Shown: one piece after another, positions 28,337 to 38,320 of the stretch
How positions within the stretch are numbered: position 1 is the stretch's first letter
How the letters are laid out: the number at the start of each line of letters is the position of its first letter
Assembly (NCBI GenBank): GCA_044356325.1
Contig: JBIKWJ010000003.1
Location: forward strand, 36,749 to 100,748
Source: Minisyncoccia bacterium
GTDB taxonomy: Bacteria > Patescibacteriota > Minisyncoccia > SW-4-49-11
Direction of reading: 5' to 3'
Length of the DNA: 64,000 bases
The notes under the pieces: generated by a model
The model's input: the letters and a program-made list of their open reading frames with translations, nothing else
Told to the model about the DNA's origin: nothing
The model's database searches: none
Translations under genes and position numbers: made by a program

Positions 28337-30518
28337 AATACCCTAGATACCCTAGACAAAGAATCAAAGTAGTGCCCGAGATAATAATACCAAGGTAAAA
28401 ATATGATTGAGGTTTGAAGTATAAAGTTAGCTCTAGATCTATACTTCCATCTAGATTCTCCTTGTACATAGACTTATCAAAATTAGCTTTGATATACTCA
28501 GGGTCAATAGTCCATTGATTAGCATAGTCATATACAAGTTTATGGGTGTCTTCAAAGAGGGGTTTTTGGAATAAAATATTTATATCACGCTGGGTAGCAT
28601 ATTTAAATTGTGTATCATTGTAATGTTGAATATTAGGGTTTTGATTATCTAGATAAAGTTTATACTGCTTATTAAATCCTTCTAAAAAGTTTAATTGTGT
28701 ATTATCCTTTATCCCCTTCAAACTAATATTATATTGAGTGATATTGGTTTTAGTAAATGAATATTCTTGATTATCTGGCAGAACTATTTTAGGAGTAAAA
28801 ATTTCATCTGGAACTTTATATAAACTTAAATATTGATTGTCTATAATTTTGGTAACATTCGTAGAGTTTACAATTTCAATCATTTTATTTATATCTTTTT
28901 CTTTATCAAAAATATCTTTACGTATTAAAATATATTTAATATTAGTATTTTGTAATACATTAATATCTTTAGTTTCAACAAATTGTTTTAACAAATCATC
29001 TTGTAAAGAATCATAGTATACAGGATTTTCTCTTATTAGAGTAGCAATAATATCTCTTCCTATATATAATTTTTTATTGGTATCATAAACTCTAAAACCT
29101 CCAGATTCTGGTAAACTTAAAACTTTGTAAAAGTCTTTATCCTCATTTAAATAAGTCACTGTATCTGTATATTCCTGAGGGACATCAAATACATATGATC
29201 CACTATTTGGATAATTATCTTTAGATAATACGACTTCTTTTGTCAAGAATGGATATGAAAATAGTATAACTAAAAAAATAATATATAGACCAAATACATA
29301 TCTAATAGTCTTCTTATTATAGGAAGAGAATATGTATAGAAAAATAATAATAACTGTAATAGGAATTAATACCGAGAATTTATTATCAGGAGAGCGGACA
29401 GCACCAAACAATGATATATTATCAAGTAAAAAAGAATATATCCCTCCAAAGGGGGGTAATGGCCCTTTTGCAAAAAATATACTTATTAACAATATAGTTA
29501 TATACGGTAGTATTTTATGTCTAATAGCCTTTGCTAGAAGGGCAATGGTCATTACAATATATATTGATAATGAACTTAGGATAAACAGAGGCCCATTAAT
29601 ATATGTTGAGAACGTATAAAGACTCTTAGAGGTCCAAGAAGTATATATTGGCCAATGATAGTGTCCCTTCAAAATTGTTAATATGCCACCTTGAACCAAA
29701 TTATTTGTAGAATTAATTAAATTATTGGCAACAAAACTTTGATCTTTAGCCTGTACTAAAAAGGGTATAATAGTTGGCAGTCCTATAATAATTAAAAATG
29801 GAACTATTATTATAGTCCTATTAATAAAACATTTCCACCTAATTTGTGAGAAATGGAATCCTATCAAGATTATAGATAAGAAAATAATAGGAATTACATA
29901 CGTAATATGAAATAAGATAATACTACTTAATAGTATCAGCCATATAAGCCCTATATTACTTATATTTGATTTAATAAGTTTTAAAAGATAATATACAAAA
30001 AGTGGTATAGCACCATAGGAGATATATGATATTGAGAAAAAAATACCATTATTTATATTGCTAATATTAAATGGGTTAACAAAATAAAATAAAGTAGTTA
30101 AAATTATAATAAAGTAATCCTCTCTCTTTAAAAGTTGTTTATTTACGATATACTCATAATATATAAAATATATACCTAAAAATGATAGTATTAAGATAGA
30201 TGTTTGTATAAAAAAATATAGAATAATTGTTGTTTGCCCAAAAGATATTCCTGTTATCGTATGTATTATCATTTGAAATAAATCTGTAACTAAAAATTGA
30301 TATGGATTTACAGCCTGAAACATATCAAATCCATTATAAAAGGGTGGCTTTATAATCAATGAATTATTAAAAAAACTATATGCTGAATTTACCGATAAGG
30401 TATCATGAACTACTAATAAATTGTTTTGTTTAAAATTTAAAAATAGATATCCCGTTATCAATAAACTGAAAAACACAAGCCCTACACAAATGATTATTAT
30501 ATTTTTACTTTTTACCAT
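28272..30518 (-). CDS. Large polytopic membrane protein with a C-terminal periplasmic domain (GT-C-like). Last codons lie in repeat R5.
   Basis: 748 aa with about 13 TM helices, then a roughly 330-aa hydrophilic domain and a final TM. Overlaps the upstream methyltransferase by 14 nt. Confidence 0.55.
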   Translation of the reverse strand: MVKSKNIIIICVGLVFFSLLITGYLFLNFKQNNLLVVHDTLSVNSAYSFFNNSLIIKPPFYNGFDMFQAVNPYQFLVTDLFQMIIHTITGISFGQTTIILYFFIQTSILILSFLGIYFIYYEYIVNKQLLKREDYFIIILTTLFYFVNPFNISNINNGIFFSISYISYGAIPLFVYYLLKLIKSNISNIGLIWLILLSSIILFHITYVIPIIFLSIILIGFHFSQIRWKCFINRTIIIVPFLIIIGLPTIIPFLVQAKDQSFVANNLINSTNNLVQGGILTILKGHYHWPIYTSWTSKSLYTFSTYINGPLFILSSLSIYIVMTIALLAKAIRHKILPYITILLISIFFAKGPLPPFGGIYSFLLDNISLFGAVRSPDNKFSVLIPITVIIIFLYIFSSYNKKTIRYVFGLYIIFLVILFSYPFLTKEVVLSKDNYPNSGSYVFDVPQEYTDTVTYLNEDKDFYKVLSLPESGGFRVYDTNKKLYIGRDIIATLIRENPVYYDSLQDDLLKQFVETKDINVLQNTNIKYILIRKDIFDKEKDINKMIEIVNSTNVTKIIDNQYLSLYKVPDEIFTPKIVLPDNQEYSFTKTNITQYNISLKGIKDNTQLNFLEGFNKQYKLYLDNQNPNIQHYNDTQFKYATQRDINILFQKPLFEDTHKLVYDYANQWTIDPEYIKANFDKSMYKENLDGSIDLELTLYFKPQSYFYLGIIISGTTLILCLGYLGYSFYRQRKQGSRSKIDSDSVGE

Positions 30519-31380
30519 ATACCATATAAACCGCTCCTGTAAAAATATTGTTTTGAAGTATATAATATATTTTCCTCAAAAAATCATTTTTCATCTTTTC
30601 CTCAGATGGATAAAATGCAAAAGAAGACACAATTATATTATTAAACTGATTACTTTTATGTAATTTTTTTAATTTATAGGTGGTATAACTTAGTTCATAT
30701 CCATAATAACGTTCTAGAACTTTGCCTTTTAATAGATTTATATGGATATACTCCAATACTTGTCGTATTCCTAGTATATCTGGAATATTATTAAAAAATC
30801 GAAATATCCACCACAAATTAAAAGCAGGGACAGTATTAAATGATACTCCCCCAGGTCTTAATACTCTATAACTCTCCTTTAAGATATTATTGGTATCTTT
30901 AAAATGCTCAATTACCCCTCCCCCATAAATAAAATCTACACTATTGTCTTTTAAGGGCATATTATTGATATCATCATAAATAAGAATATATTTTGTATAT
31001 TTTTTTTCATCAAAATATTTTTTGAGAGTTAAAAGCATTTCATAGTTAAAATCTATTCCAACAAAATAAGCATTATACGTCTCTAGCACATAGTCTGCAA
31101 TATGAGCAGGCCCACAACCAATTTCTAAATATATTGAATCTTGATTTATAGTATAAGCTTTTTCAATATATCTAATAGCATCTTTTAATTTACTCTCATT
31201 AAAATCTTCCCGATCTTTTTTTAATTTTTCCAAACTAAAATCATAAATTTTAGTCCAAGCTTTTTTTGAAATAGCGATGTCTTGACCGTCGCTAAATTCT
31301 TTTAGTGACTTATTTACATAAATTCCATTATTATCAACAGATAATTTCCCTTCTTTTATAATTTCATTTAAATTTAGCAT
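30505..31380 (-). CDS. Class I SAM-dependent methyltransferase
   Basis: Motif I LEIGCGPAH. Confidence 0.65.
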   Translation of the reverse strand: MLNLNEIIKEGKLSVDNNGIYVNKSLKEFSDGQDIAISKKAWTKIYDFSLEKLKKDREDFNESKLKDAIRYIEKAYTINQDSIYLEIGCGPAHIADYVLETYNAYFVGIDFNYEMLLTLKKYFDEKKYTKYILIYDDINNMPLKDNSVDFIYGGGVIEHFKDTNNILKESYRVLRPGGVSFNTVPAFNLWWIFRFFNNIPDILGIRQVLEYIHINLLKGKVLERYYGYELSYTTYKLKKLHKSNQFNNIIVSSFAFYPSEEKMKNDFLRKIYYILQNNIFTGAVYMVYGKK

Positions 31381-31382
31381 AG

Positions 31383-32525
31383 TTATAATTCTAAATTCTT
31401 AAAAATATCAGCATAATTAAATTTTCTAGCATATTGTTTTGCATTCTGACGATACTGTATATTATTACTTTTTTTCAATAGAAAATCAATAGCATGTATT
31501 ATACTTTCTTTTGTCTCATCAATAATAATTCCACATTTACTCTCTTCAATATCTTTGGCATTCCAAGGAATATCTGTAAGTAGTACAGGTACCCCACAAG
31601 CAATATATGTTTTGATTTTTCCAGGATCGGCATAGTATGTCCAAGTATCTAATTTTTTAATATATGGTGCTACTGCAATTGTGGACTTTGCGACTTCATT
31701 TTCTAATTCTTTAATATCTTCTATTTTACCTAAGAAAATACAATGTTTTCTTATATGTAATGTGTCCACTAATACTTCAAGTTCATCTCTATAAGAACCT
31801 CCTCCAATAATTTTAAATATTATTTTAGGATATTTTTTAATAATATCTGGGAGATATTTTAGAATTAACTGCACACCTTGTTTGGGTAATAAATGCCCCA
31901 TAAAAACAATAGTATAAGGGTCAATCTCATCATATGAATATGTTTTTACTTTATCTACCCACATACCATAAGGTACCACTTTATGAGATTTGTAATTTTC
32001 TTTTTTTATATCTAAGAATTTCTCTCTTGCCTCCAACATACGGGGACTCAAATCCCACATTTCATCAGATTCTTTATATCCAGATATATTAATCCAGTGA
32101 TAAATTTTATTCTTCCATCCACCCTGAAATCTATTTTCAGGGACAAAATCCATAGTCCAAAAAACTACTTTTTTTACCTTACCAAAAAATTTTAATAATC
32201 GACCAAATAAGACACATAGACCATCCATCCCTATATAGGTATCAAATATAATCTTAGTTTTATAGGTATACCTAAATGTTGCCCATAATTCTTTGAGATA
32301 TAATATTGGTTCAGGTAAATATGAATAGTCTTTACCTCTATATTCCTCAACTAATTTCCCCTTTTTATATAATCTATAATAACTACATCTATCTGGAGCA
32401 TCAGAAAAGCTGTGAAGAATGTGTAATACCGTTGAATATTTTTGATCATTCAAATATACAACCAATTCATCATCTGGCTGAGTAAGAAATTTATGCGCAA
32501 CAATTACAATATTATTATTTGACAT
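31383..32525 (-). CDS. GT4 (GT-B fold) glycosyltransferase
   Basis: C-terminal GT-B domain (...ESKCGIIID...). Confidence 0.6.
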   Translation of the reverse strand: MSNNNIVIVAHKFLTQPDDELVVYLNDQKYSTVLHILHSFSDAPDRCSYYRLYKKGKLVEEYRGKDYSYLPEPILYLKELWATFRYTYKTKIIFDTYIGMDGLCVLFGRLLKFFGKVKKVVFWTMDFVPENRFQGGWKNKIYHWINISGYKESDEMWDLSPRMLEAREKFLDIKKENYKSHKVVPYGMWVDKVKTYSYDEIDPYTIVFMGHLLPKQGVQLILKYLPDIIKKYPKIIFKIIGGGSYRDELEVLVDTLHIRKHCIFLGKIEDIKELENEVAKSTIAVAPYIKKLDTWTYYADPGKIKTYIACGVPVLLTDIPWNAKDIEESKCGIIIDETKESIIHAIDFLLKKSNNIQYRQNAKQYARKFNYADIFKNLEL

Positions 32526-32527
32526 AC

Positions 32528-33355
32528 CTATGACCTTCTTTGTCTTAAAAAGTTAAATAATACTACTTTTACTGAATTAGGTAAAATTGGTATTAATATT
32601 AATTGAAATACACTTGATAAAATGTCTTTAGTGGAGGCTTTATAACCGTATTCTACCAAAGCCTTGAGCCGGATATATAATGTAAGATATTGCTGTCTAT
32701 TTGCTTTAGCTGATGAAGACTGAGTTTCACTTGTACGATATTTTAATACTATATCACTAAGATTTGCAAATTTATATCTCTTCCCAACTCTAAAATAAAA
32801 ATCATAATCTTCGGTAGGACTAAGTTTGTCATTATATATATTGTCTTGTATTACTTCTTTTCTATACATGATACAAGGATGAGAAAATGGACTTTGTTTA
32901 AATATATATTTACGTAGGGAAGTATCATCTGCATAATATGATCTCGCATAGAGCACTTGATCTAGTGATTCATTATATACTTCCATTGCCCCACCCACAA
33001 TTCCTACTTCTAAGTTAGAATCTAAAAAGGATACTTGTTTCTCAAATCGCTCAGGGTAGGTCCAATCATCTGCATCCATTCGAGCTAAATATTTACCCTT
33101 GGATAATGAAATAGCCTTATTGAGATTACCAGCAATTCCTAAATTTTTTTCATTTTTAACTCCCACAATACGAGAATCTTTTTTTGCATATTTTTGAATG
33201 ATTTTCCAAGTACTATCTGTAGAACAATCATCTATAATAATACATTCAAAATCTGTAAATGTCTGATTCAATATACTATCTATTGCTTCACCTAAATACT
33301 TTTCTGCATTATAGGCTGGTATAAGTACTGAAACTTTTGGCACACTCATATTCAT
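32528..33355 (-). CDS. GT2-family glycosyltransferase
   Basis: VSVLIPAYNAEKYL...IIIDDCSTD...DADD motifs. Confidence 0.8.
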   Translation of the reverse strand: MNMSVPKVSVLIPAYNAEKYLGEAIDSILNQTFTDFECIIIDDCSTDSTWKIIQKYAKKDSRIVGVKNEKNLGIAGNLNKAISLSKGKYLARMDADDWTYPERFEKQVSFLDSNLEVGIVGGAMEVYNESLDQVLYARSYYADDTSLRKYIFKQSPFSHPCIMYRKEVIQDNIYNDKLSPTEDYDFYFRVGKRYKFANLSDIVLKYRTSETQSSSAKANRQQYLTLYIRLKALVEYGYKASTKDILSSVFQLILIPILPNSVKVVLFNFLRQRRS

Positions 33356-33416
33356 ATTTAAATAATTTCATTTTATTATATCACAAATAGTTTATAGTGC
33401 TAAACTCGGTCTACCA

Positions 33417-33742
33417 TCCCCTGAGGGAGGGGGTGAGAGCAGTCCACACCCGGCACTTTGTGACACCCTTCCACCTACGGTCGACAAGCTGCCAGCGAGG
33501 CCTGCCTGCGGTAGGCAGAGACAAAAAATACCATCCACCCCGTCAGACATAGCCTGCCACCCCTCAAGAGGGGAATTTTTAGGGCAAGTTGCAAATTACA
33601 TCCACCCTCCCCCGTCGCAAATGGGATTTGCTCCTGTCCTCCTCCGTCACCTACGGTGACACCTCCCCCAAGGGAGGACAAGAGTGCAAGTTGCAAAATT
33701 AAATACAGGCGACTGAAAGGTCGCCCCTACGAGAAAGTAGGA
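33417..33742. repeat. GC-rich mosaic hairpin repeat block R6
   Basis: Modules A, B, C, D and F. Confidence 0.75.
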
Positions 33743-33760
33743 TAATAGCTTAATTTTTAA

Positions 33761-34777
33761 TTAAAAATTTATATTGGATAATCTTTTTATAATAGCTTCT
33801 TCGCTAGGTAGATATTTTGCATATTCTTTGGGGAGATTTTCGTATTTGTTATAGGTGGCTACTCCGATTGGATCTTTGGCTTGTTCTAGCATATATTCTA
33901 CTTCTGTTCTGTTTTTGTCTTTGCAGATTACGATGCCGATGGTGCGATTGTGTTGTTCTTGTTTGACTTGTTTGTTGATTAGTTGCATATACATTTGGAC
34001 TTGCCCCATATCTTTGGGTTGAAATTCTCTTGCCTTGAGTTCGAAGACTATATAGCAGTTGAGTTTGAAATTAAAAAACAAAAGATCTATAAAATACTCT
34101 TTTTCTTCTATGGTTAGTCTGTATTGTCTACCTACAAATGCGAAGCTCCCTCCCATATCTGCTAGAAAATTGACGACATTGGTGACTATGGTGTTTTCTA
34201 TTTCCTTCTCGCTAAATGGTTGGTCGGGGCTGATTAGCTCTATATTATAATCATCTACAAACTCCCAAGCGACTTGGGCTTTGAGTGTGTCTAGGATGGT
34301 GGTGTTGAAATTGTTCTGAGCTAGGGCTTGATTTTCGAAATGGTGAGATTTTATTTTATCTATTAGGTCTAGTTTTGACCAGCCCATTTGTTTGGTCTTT
34401 TTGAGGTAGTATTCTTTTTGAATATCGTCTTTACATTTTTCAAAAATAAGTTTGTTTTGTATCCAGCCAATTTCTCGCACCAGTGGAGCGAGTTTTTTAT
34501 TATCTTTGTATGTTTCATAAAAAGTTTTCATTCTCCATAGATTGGATGCTGAAAAACCTTTAATTCCTGGGAATTCTCTTTGTAAATCTTTGGATAATTG
34601 TTCTACTATGGATTTCCCCCATCCTTGATCTTGCATTTGCTGGCTGACTGATTTTCCTATTTCCCAATATAATTCTACTGTCTGTTTGCTGACTGTTTTG
34701 AGCATTTCATATCTGGCTGATTGGATTTTGGTTAGAATTTGCTCTAAAAATGGTTGGTATTGGGTGATTTGTGTCAT
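33761..34777 (-). CDS. YhcG-family (DUF1016) PD-(D/E)XK nuclease
   Basis: N-terminal ELYWEIGKSV and C-terminal IDLLFFNFKLNCYIVFELKAREFQPKDMGQVQMYM (PDDEXK core) are typical of DUF1016/YhcG. Confidence 0.7.
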   Translation of the reverse strand: MTQITQYQPFLEQILTKIQSARYEMLKTVSKQTVELYWEIGKSVSQQMQDQGWGKSIVEQLSKDLQREFPGIKGFSASNLWRMKTFYETYKDNKKLAPLVREIGWIQNKLIFEKCKDDIQKEYYLKKTKQMGWSKLDLIDKIKSHHFENQALAQNNFNTTILDTLKAQVAWEFVDDYNIELISPDQPFSEKEIENTIVTNVVNFLADMGGSFAFVGRQYRLTIEEKEYFIDLLFFNFKLNCYIVFELKAREFQPKDMGQVQMYMQLINKQVKQEQHNRTIGIVICKDKNRTEVEYMLEQAKDPIGVATYNKYENLPKEYAKYLPSEEAIIKRLSNINF

Positions 34778-34840
34778 ATTTTGATTTAGTATATGGTTTT
34801 ATTATAACATGGGAAAAATAATTATGAATTAATTAATTAC

Positions 34841-35030
34841 CATCCACCCTCCCCCTTCGGGTACTCCCTCCTAAGGGAGACAAAAGCTCAAGTAACAAAA
34901 TCCACCCCGTCCAGCGAAGCTGTCCACCCCTCAAGAGGGGAATTTAGTACAAAATACAGTCCTCCTCCGTCACCTACGGTGACACCTCCCCCAAGGGAGG
35001 ACAGAAGGGAAGAAGCTCAGTCCACCCTAT
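34841..35030. repeat. GC-rich mosaic hairpin repeat block R7
   Basis: Modules C and D. Confidence 0.75.
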
Positions 35031-35090
35031 TCTATATTTTTTATAAAAGATATGTTATAATAAATATAGGATAAAAAATAATAAACATAT

Positions 35091-35816
35091 ATGATTGAGT
35101 TAAAAGGAGTGAGTAAAAAGTTCAAGAATAAAACCGTCATTCATGATCTGGATTTGACTATCAAAAAAGGTGAATTTTATGCTCTTATTGGTCCTAATGG
35201 TGCAGGCAAAAGTACCCTTATCAAATTATTGACGGGTTTATTGAAGCCTACCGAAGGGGATATTCTTCTTGATGGGGTTAGTATTGTGGATGAGCCTCAG
35301 AATGCTAAATCTTTTATTGGATATATTCCTGATGAACCTACAATTTGGGATGGTATGACTGGTTTTGAATTTCTCAATTTTGTGGGTGCTCTATATAATC
35401 TGCCTGTTGATGAGAGAATGCGTAATATTCGCAAATTATTAAAGCTGTATAAGCTTACTGGTACCGAAAATCAATTGTATCAGGATTATTCTCGTGGATA
35501 TAAGCAAAAATACTCTATTATTGCAGCTCTATTGCATGATCCTGCTATTCTCTTTATTGATGAGCCTATTGTAGGTCTTGATCCTATTAGTATTGATCTT
35601 ACTAAACATATTTTTGATACATTTGTAAAAGAAGGTGGTACTATTCTGATGGTTACCCATACTTTATTTGTGGCTCAAGAATTGGCTAGCTGTATTGGTA
35701 TATTTGAAAAGGGTAAAATTATAGCTGAGGGAACTTATAAAGAATTAGCTGACAAAGCTCATCTTCCTACCAAAACTTCTCTTGATGCAGTGTATAAAAA
35801 TTATTTAGATAAATAA
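35091..35816 (+). CDS. ABC transporter ATP-binding protein
   Basis: Walker A GPNGAGKST, signature YSRGYKQK and Walker B LFIDEP. Confidence 0.85.
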   Translation: MIELKGVSKKFKNKTVIHDLDLTIKKGEFYALIGPNGAGKSTLIKLLTGLLKPTEGDILLDGVSIVDEPQNAKSFIGYIPDEPTIWDGMTGFEFLNFVGALYNLPVDERMRNIRKLLKLYKLTGTENQLYQDYSRGYKQKYSIIAALLHDPAILFIDEPIVGLDPISIDLTKHIFDTFVKEGGTILMVTHTLFVAQELASCIGIFEKGKIIAEGTYKELADKAHLPTKTSLDAVYKNYLDK

Positions 35817-35822
35817 AAAAAT

Positions 35823-37502
35823 ATGTCGGATTCATTTGGATTATTCTTGTCTTATCCTGGGCAAGTTATTAAAAGATATTTATCTCGTGAACGATTTACT
35901 CGAGTTTTTACTATAAGTATTTTCTTGATTATTATTGCTTTGGTAGCGGCTGCAATTTATGCTATTACTTTTGGAGGATTGACTTTTATTAAAACAGATC
36001 AAGAATTGAGAGAAGGTTTTCAATTCTATATTATTCAATTATTTGGATTGCTGATATTTGTTTTAGGATTTGTTAATAGTGTTCTGATTATTGCATCTGG
36101 ATTTGCTCGAAGGAATTATCAGTGGATTGCAATTACTCCATCATTTTCTATCTTAGCTTTTATTCAATTATTTCAGCTTTTGACTTCTAGTCTTTGGATT
36201 TTTTTAGCTATTATTACTCCCGTTTTATTGGCTATTGTGAATTTTACTGGTATTAGTTGGTTTGGATTTGTATTGAGTTTTCTTTTAACTACTGCGTTGA
36301 TTATAACCGCTAGTGTGAGTGGTACATTTTTCTATCTTGTAAGTATTTATATATTACAGGGATTTTCTCAGCTTCTGAAGAGGAATATCGTCACTCAATC
36401 TCGAGCTATATTTATTTTAATTATATTCTCTATTATTGCTGCTATTGGATTATGGCGCACTGCTATTCCTCAAGATTTTGTGCAATTCTTTGATGGGAGC
36501 TCTGTTGAACAGATTGATACCCTTCAAGAAAAATTAATATTCTTGCCTACATTTGGTATTTCTCAAGTTTTACATAATGTTTTATTTGATTCTACTTCAT
36601 TTGGAATTAGATATGTAATAATATTGATTATTCTTTCTCTTGCAGCACTTGTAACTCTCTATGCTCTGCTTCGTATTCAATATTTGTCTATTTGGCAATT
36701 ATTACAGGAAGGTAACTATGTAGCGGATAAAAGTGTTTTTGAGCCTAATTATAAGCCTTATAATTTCCCTTCATCGAGCATTGTGCATACTATTATTGAT
36801 AAAGAATTACTTCTTATTTGGAGAGATAAAAAAAATCTCCTATGGCTTTTGATTGTCATAGCTCTTTGGGGGGCTCAAACTGCTGTGAGCTGGCGTGTTA
36901 CTACTAATGCAGCTTCTTATGCTTATGGAGCAGTCGAAACTATTCCTAATTTTGTTTACCCTTTGATTCTTGCTATTGGATTATACTTTATTAGTGCTCT
37001 TGCCCTCAGATTTGTATTCCCTACTTTTAGTGCTGAGCGAAAAGTAGCCTGGATATTAGGGGTTGCTCCAATTTCTCTTTGGAATATTGCTGTTGGTAAA
37101 TTATTAATATATGCAGGATTATTCACTTTGATTGGGAGTCCTTTGCTTATTGCAAATTTTGTCCTTTTAAATTTTGAATTTTTCCCTGCTGTTATCTATT
37201 GGCTTGTGTTTGGGCTTTCTGTTATCTTGATTGTACTACTTGCTATATTCTTGTCTGTACGATATCCAAATCGTTTTTCTAGCGATCCTGAAACATTATC
37301 TACTACATTACCTGGCCTTGCTTTTACTAGCCTTGCTCTTGGGGGAAGCTTGATTATATCTAATATTATGTATTTGGCTCTCACCACAATAGATTTAGCT
37401 ACACTATTGATGCTATTGATTACTATTCTTAGTCTCTTACTTACGAGTTTGATTTATAGGGCTGCCGAGAAATTTGAATATTCTGGAGAAATTATTGCTT
37501 AG
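35823..37502 (+). CDS. Large polytopic membrane protein, putative ABC permease partner
   Basis: 559 aa with at least 12 TM helices, directly downstream of the ABC ATPase. Confidence 0.5.
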   Translation: MSDSFGLFLSYPGQVIKRYLSRERFTRVFTISIFLIIIALVAAAIYAITFGGLTFIKTDQELREGFQFYIIQLFGLLIFVLGFVNSVLIIASGFARRNYQWIAITPSFSILAFIQLFQLLTSSLWIFLAIITPVLLAIVNFTGISWFGFVLSFLLTTALIITASVSGTFFYLVSIYILQGFSQLLKRNIVTQSRAIFILIIFSIIAAIGLWRTAIPQDFVQFFDGSSVEQIDTLQEKLIFLPTFGISQVLHNVLFDSTSFGIRYVIILIILSLAALVTLYALLRIQYLSIWQLLQEGNYVADKSVFEPNYKPYNFPSSSIVHTIIDKELLLIWRDKKNLLWLLIVIALWGAQTAVSWRVTTNAASYAYGAVETIPNFVYPLILAIGLYFISALALRFVFPTFSAERKVAWILGVAPISLWNIAVGKLLIYAGLFTLIGSPLLIANFVLLNFEFFPAVIYWLVFGLSVILIVLLAIFLSVRYPNRFSSDPETLSTTLPGLAFTSLALGGSLIISNIMYLALTTIDLATLLMLLITILSLLLTSLIYRAAEKFEYSGEIIA

Positions 37503-37555
37503 AGTTTTTAGATAAAATACTATCAATCATGCTCCGTCCCTCTCATATAAATATA

Positions 37556-37656
37556 GGAGGACAGTGTATTATGTTCCTGCCTACCGCAGGCAGGCCTCAC
37601 TGGTAGCTTGTCGACCATAGGTGGAAGGGGGACCACGTCAGTGGTGGGTGTGGACA
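37556..37656. repeat. GC-rich mosaic hairpin repeat block R8
   Basis: Module B in reverse orientation, then module A. Confidence 0.7.
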
Positions 37657-37684
37657 AACCTAATCTTCTTATAGGAAGATTACT

Positions 37685-38059
37685 TTACAACAAAATCTTA
37701 CTCTTAATAAAATCCTCCAGTATAGGGGTTATACTATTTATAGATTTGAGTACTTCTTCATCAGTAAATCGTAACACAGTAAAACCTAAATTTTCTAAAT
37801 ACCTTTGCCTTATTAGGTCATTTTCATAAATTTCAGGGTGATTATGGCTTTCTCCATCTACTTCAATGATGAGTTTTAATTCTAGACAAATAAAATCTAC
37901 AACATATTTACCTATTGGTCTCTGTCTTCTAAATATAACTCCTAGTTTTTTACCTTTTAATATATATTTCCAGAGACTAGCCTCTGCTTTTGTCATTGAT
38001 TTACGAAGTTTGTGAGCAATGGGTTGTAATTGAGAATTATAATTATTATTTTGTTTCAT
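37685..38059 (-). CDS. DUF559 (Vsr-like endonuclease fold) protein
   Basis: YVVDFICLELKLIIEVDGESH...RQRYLENLGFTVLRF matches the DUF559 core. Confidence 0.65.
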   Translation of the reverse strand: MKQNNNYNSQLQPIAHKLRKSMTKAEASLWKYILKGKKLGVIFRRQRPIGKYVVDFICLELKLIIEVDGESHNHPEIYENDLIRQRYLENLGFTVLRFTDEEVLKSINSITPILEDFIKSKILL

Positions 38060-38095
38060 AGGAAAATATTATTCCTATGGGGGTATTGCTGAGTA

Positions 38096-38320
38096 CTGTC
38101 CACACCCACCACTAACGTGGTTCCCCCTCGCCAGCGAGGGACAAAAAGCTTTGTCCTCCCTTGGGGGAGGTGCCTGCAAGGCGGAGGAGGATATACCTTA
38201 CCAGCTACCTCCTCCGTCGCAAACAGGATTTGCTCCTGTGAAACCTCACGGTTTCCCAAACCTTCCTACACGGGAAAACTCCCGTTTTCCCGACCCCTTT
38301 CCCGGAGGCAGAAGCTTACC
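38096..38320. repeat. GC-rich mosaic hairpin repeat block R9
   Basis: Modules A, D and G, plus the gcttaccagctaccgcctccg module that extends into the 3' end of the DUF2207 gene. Confidence 0.7.
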
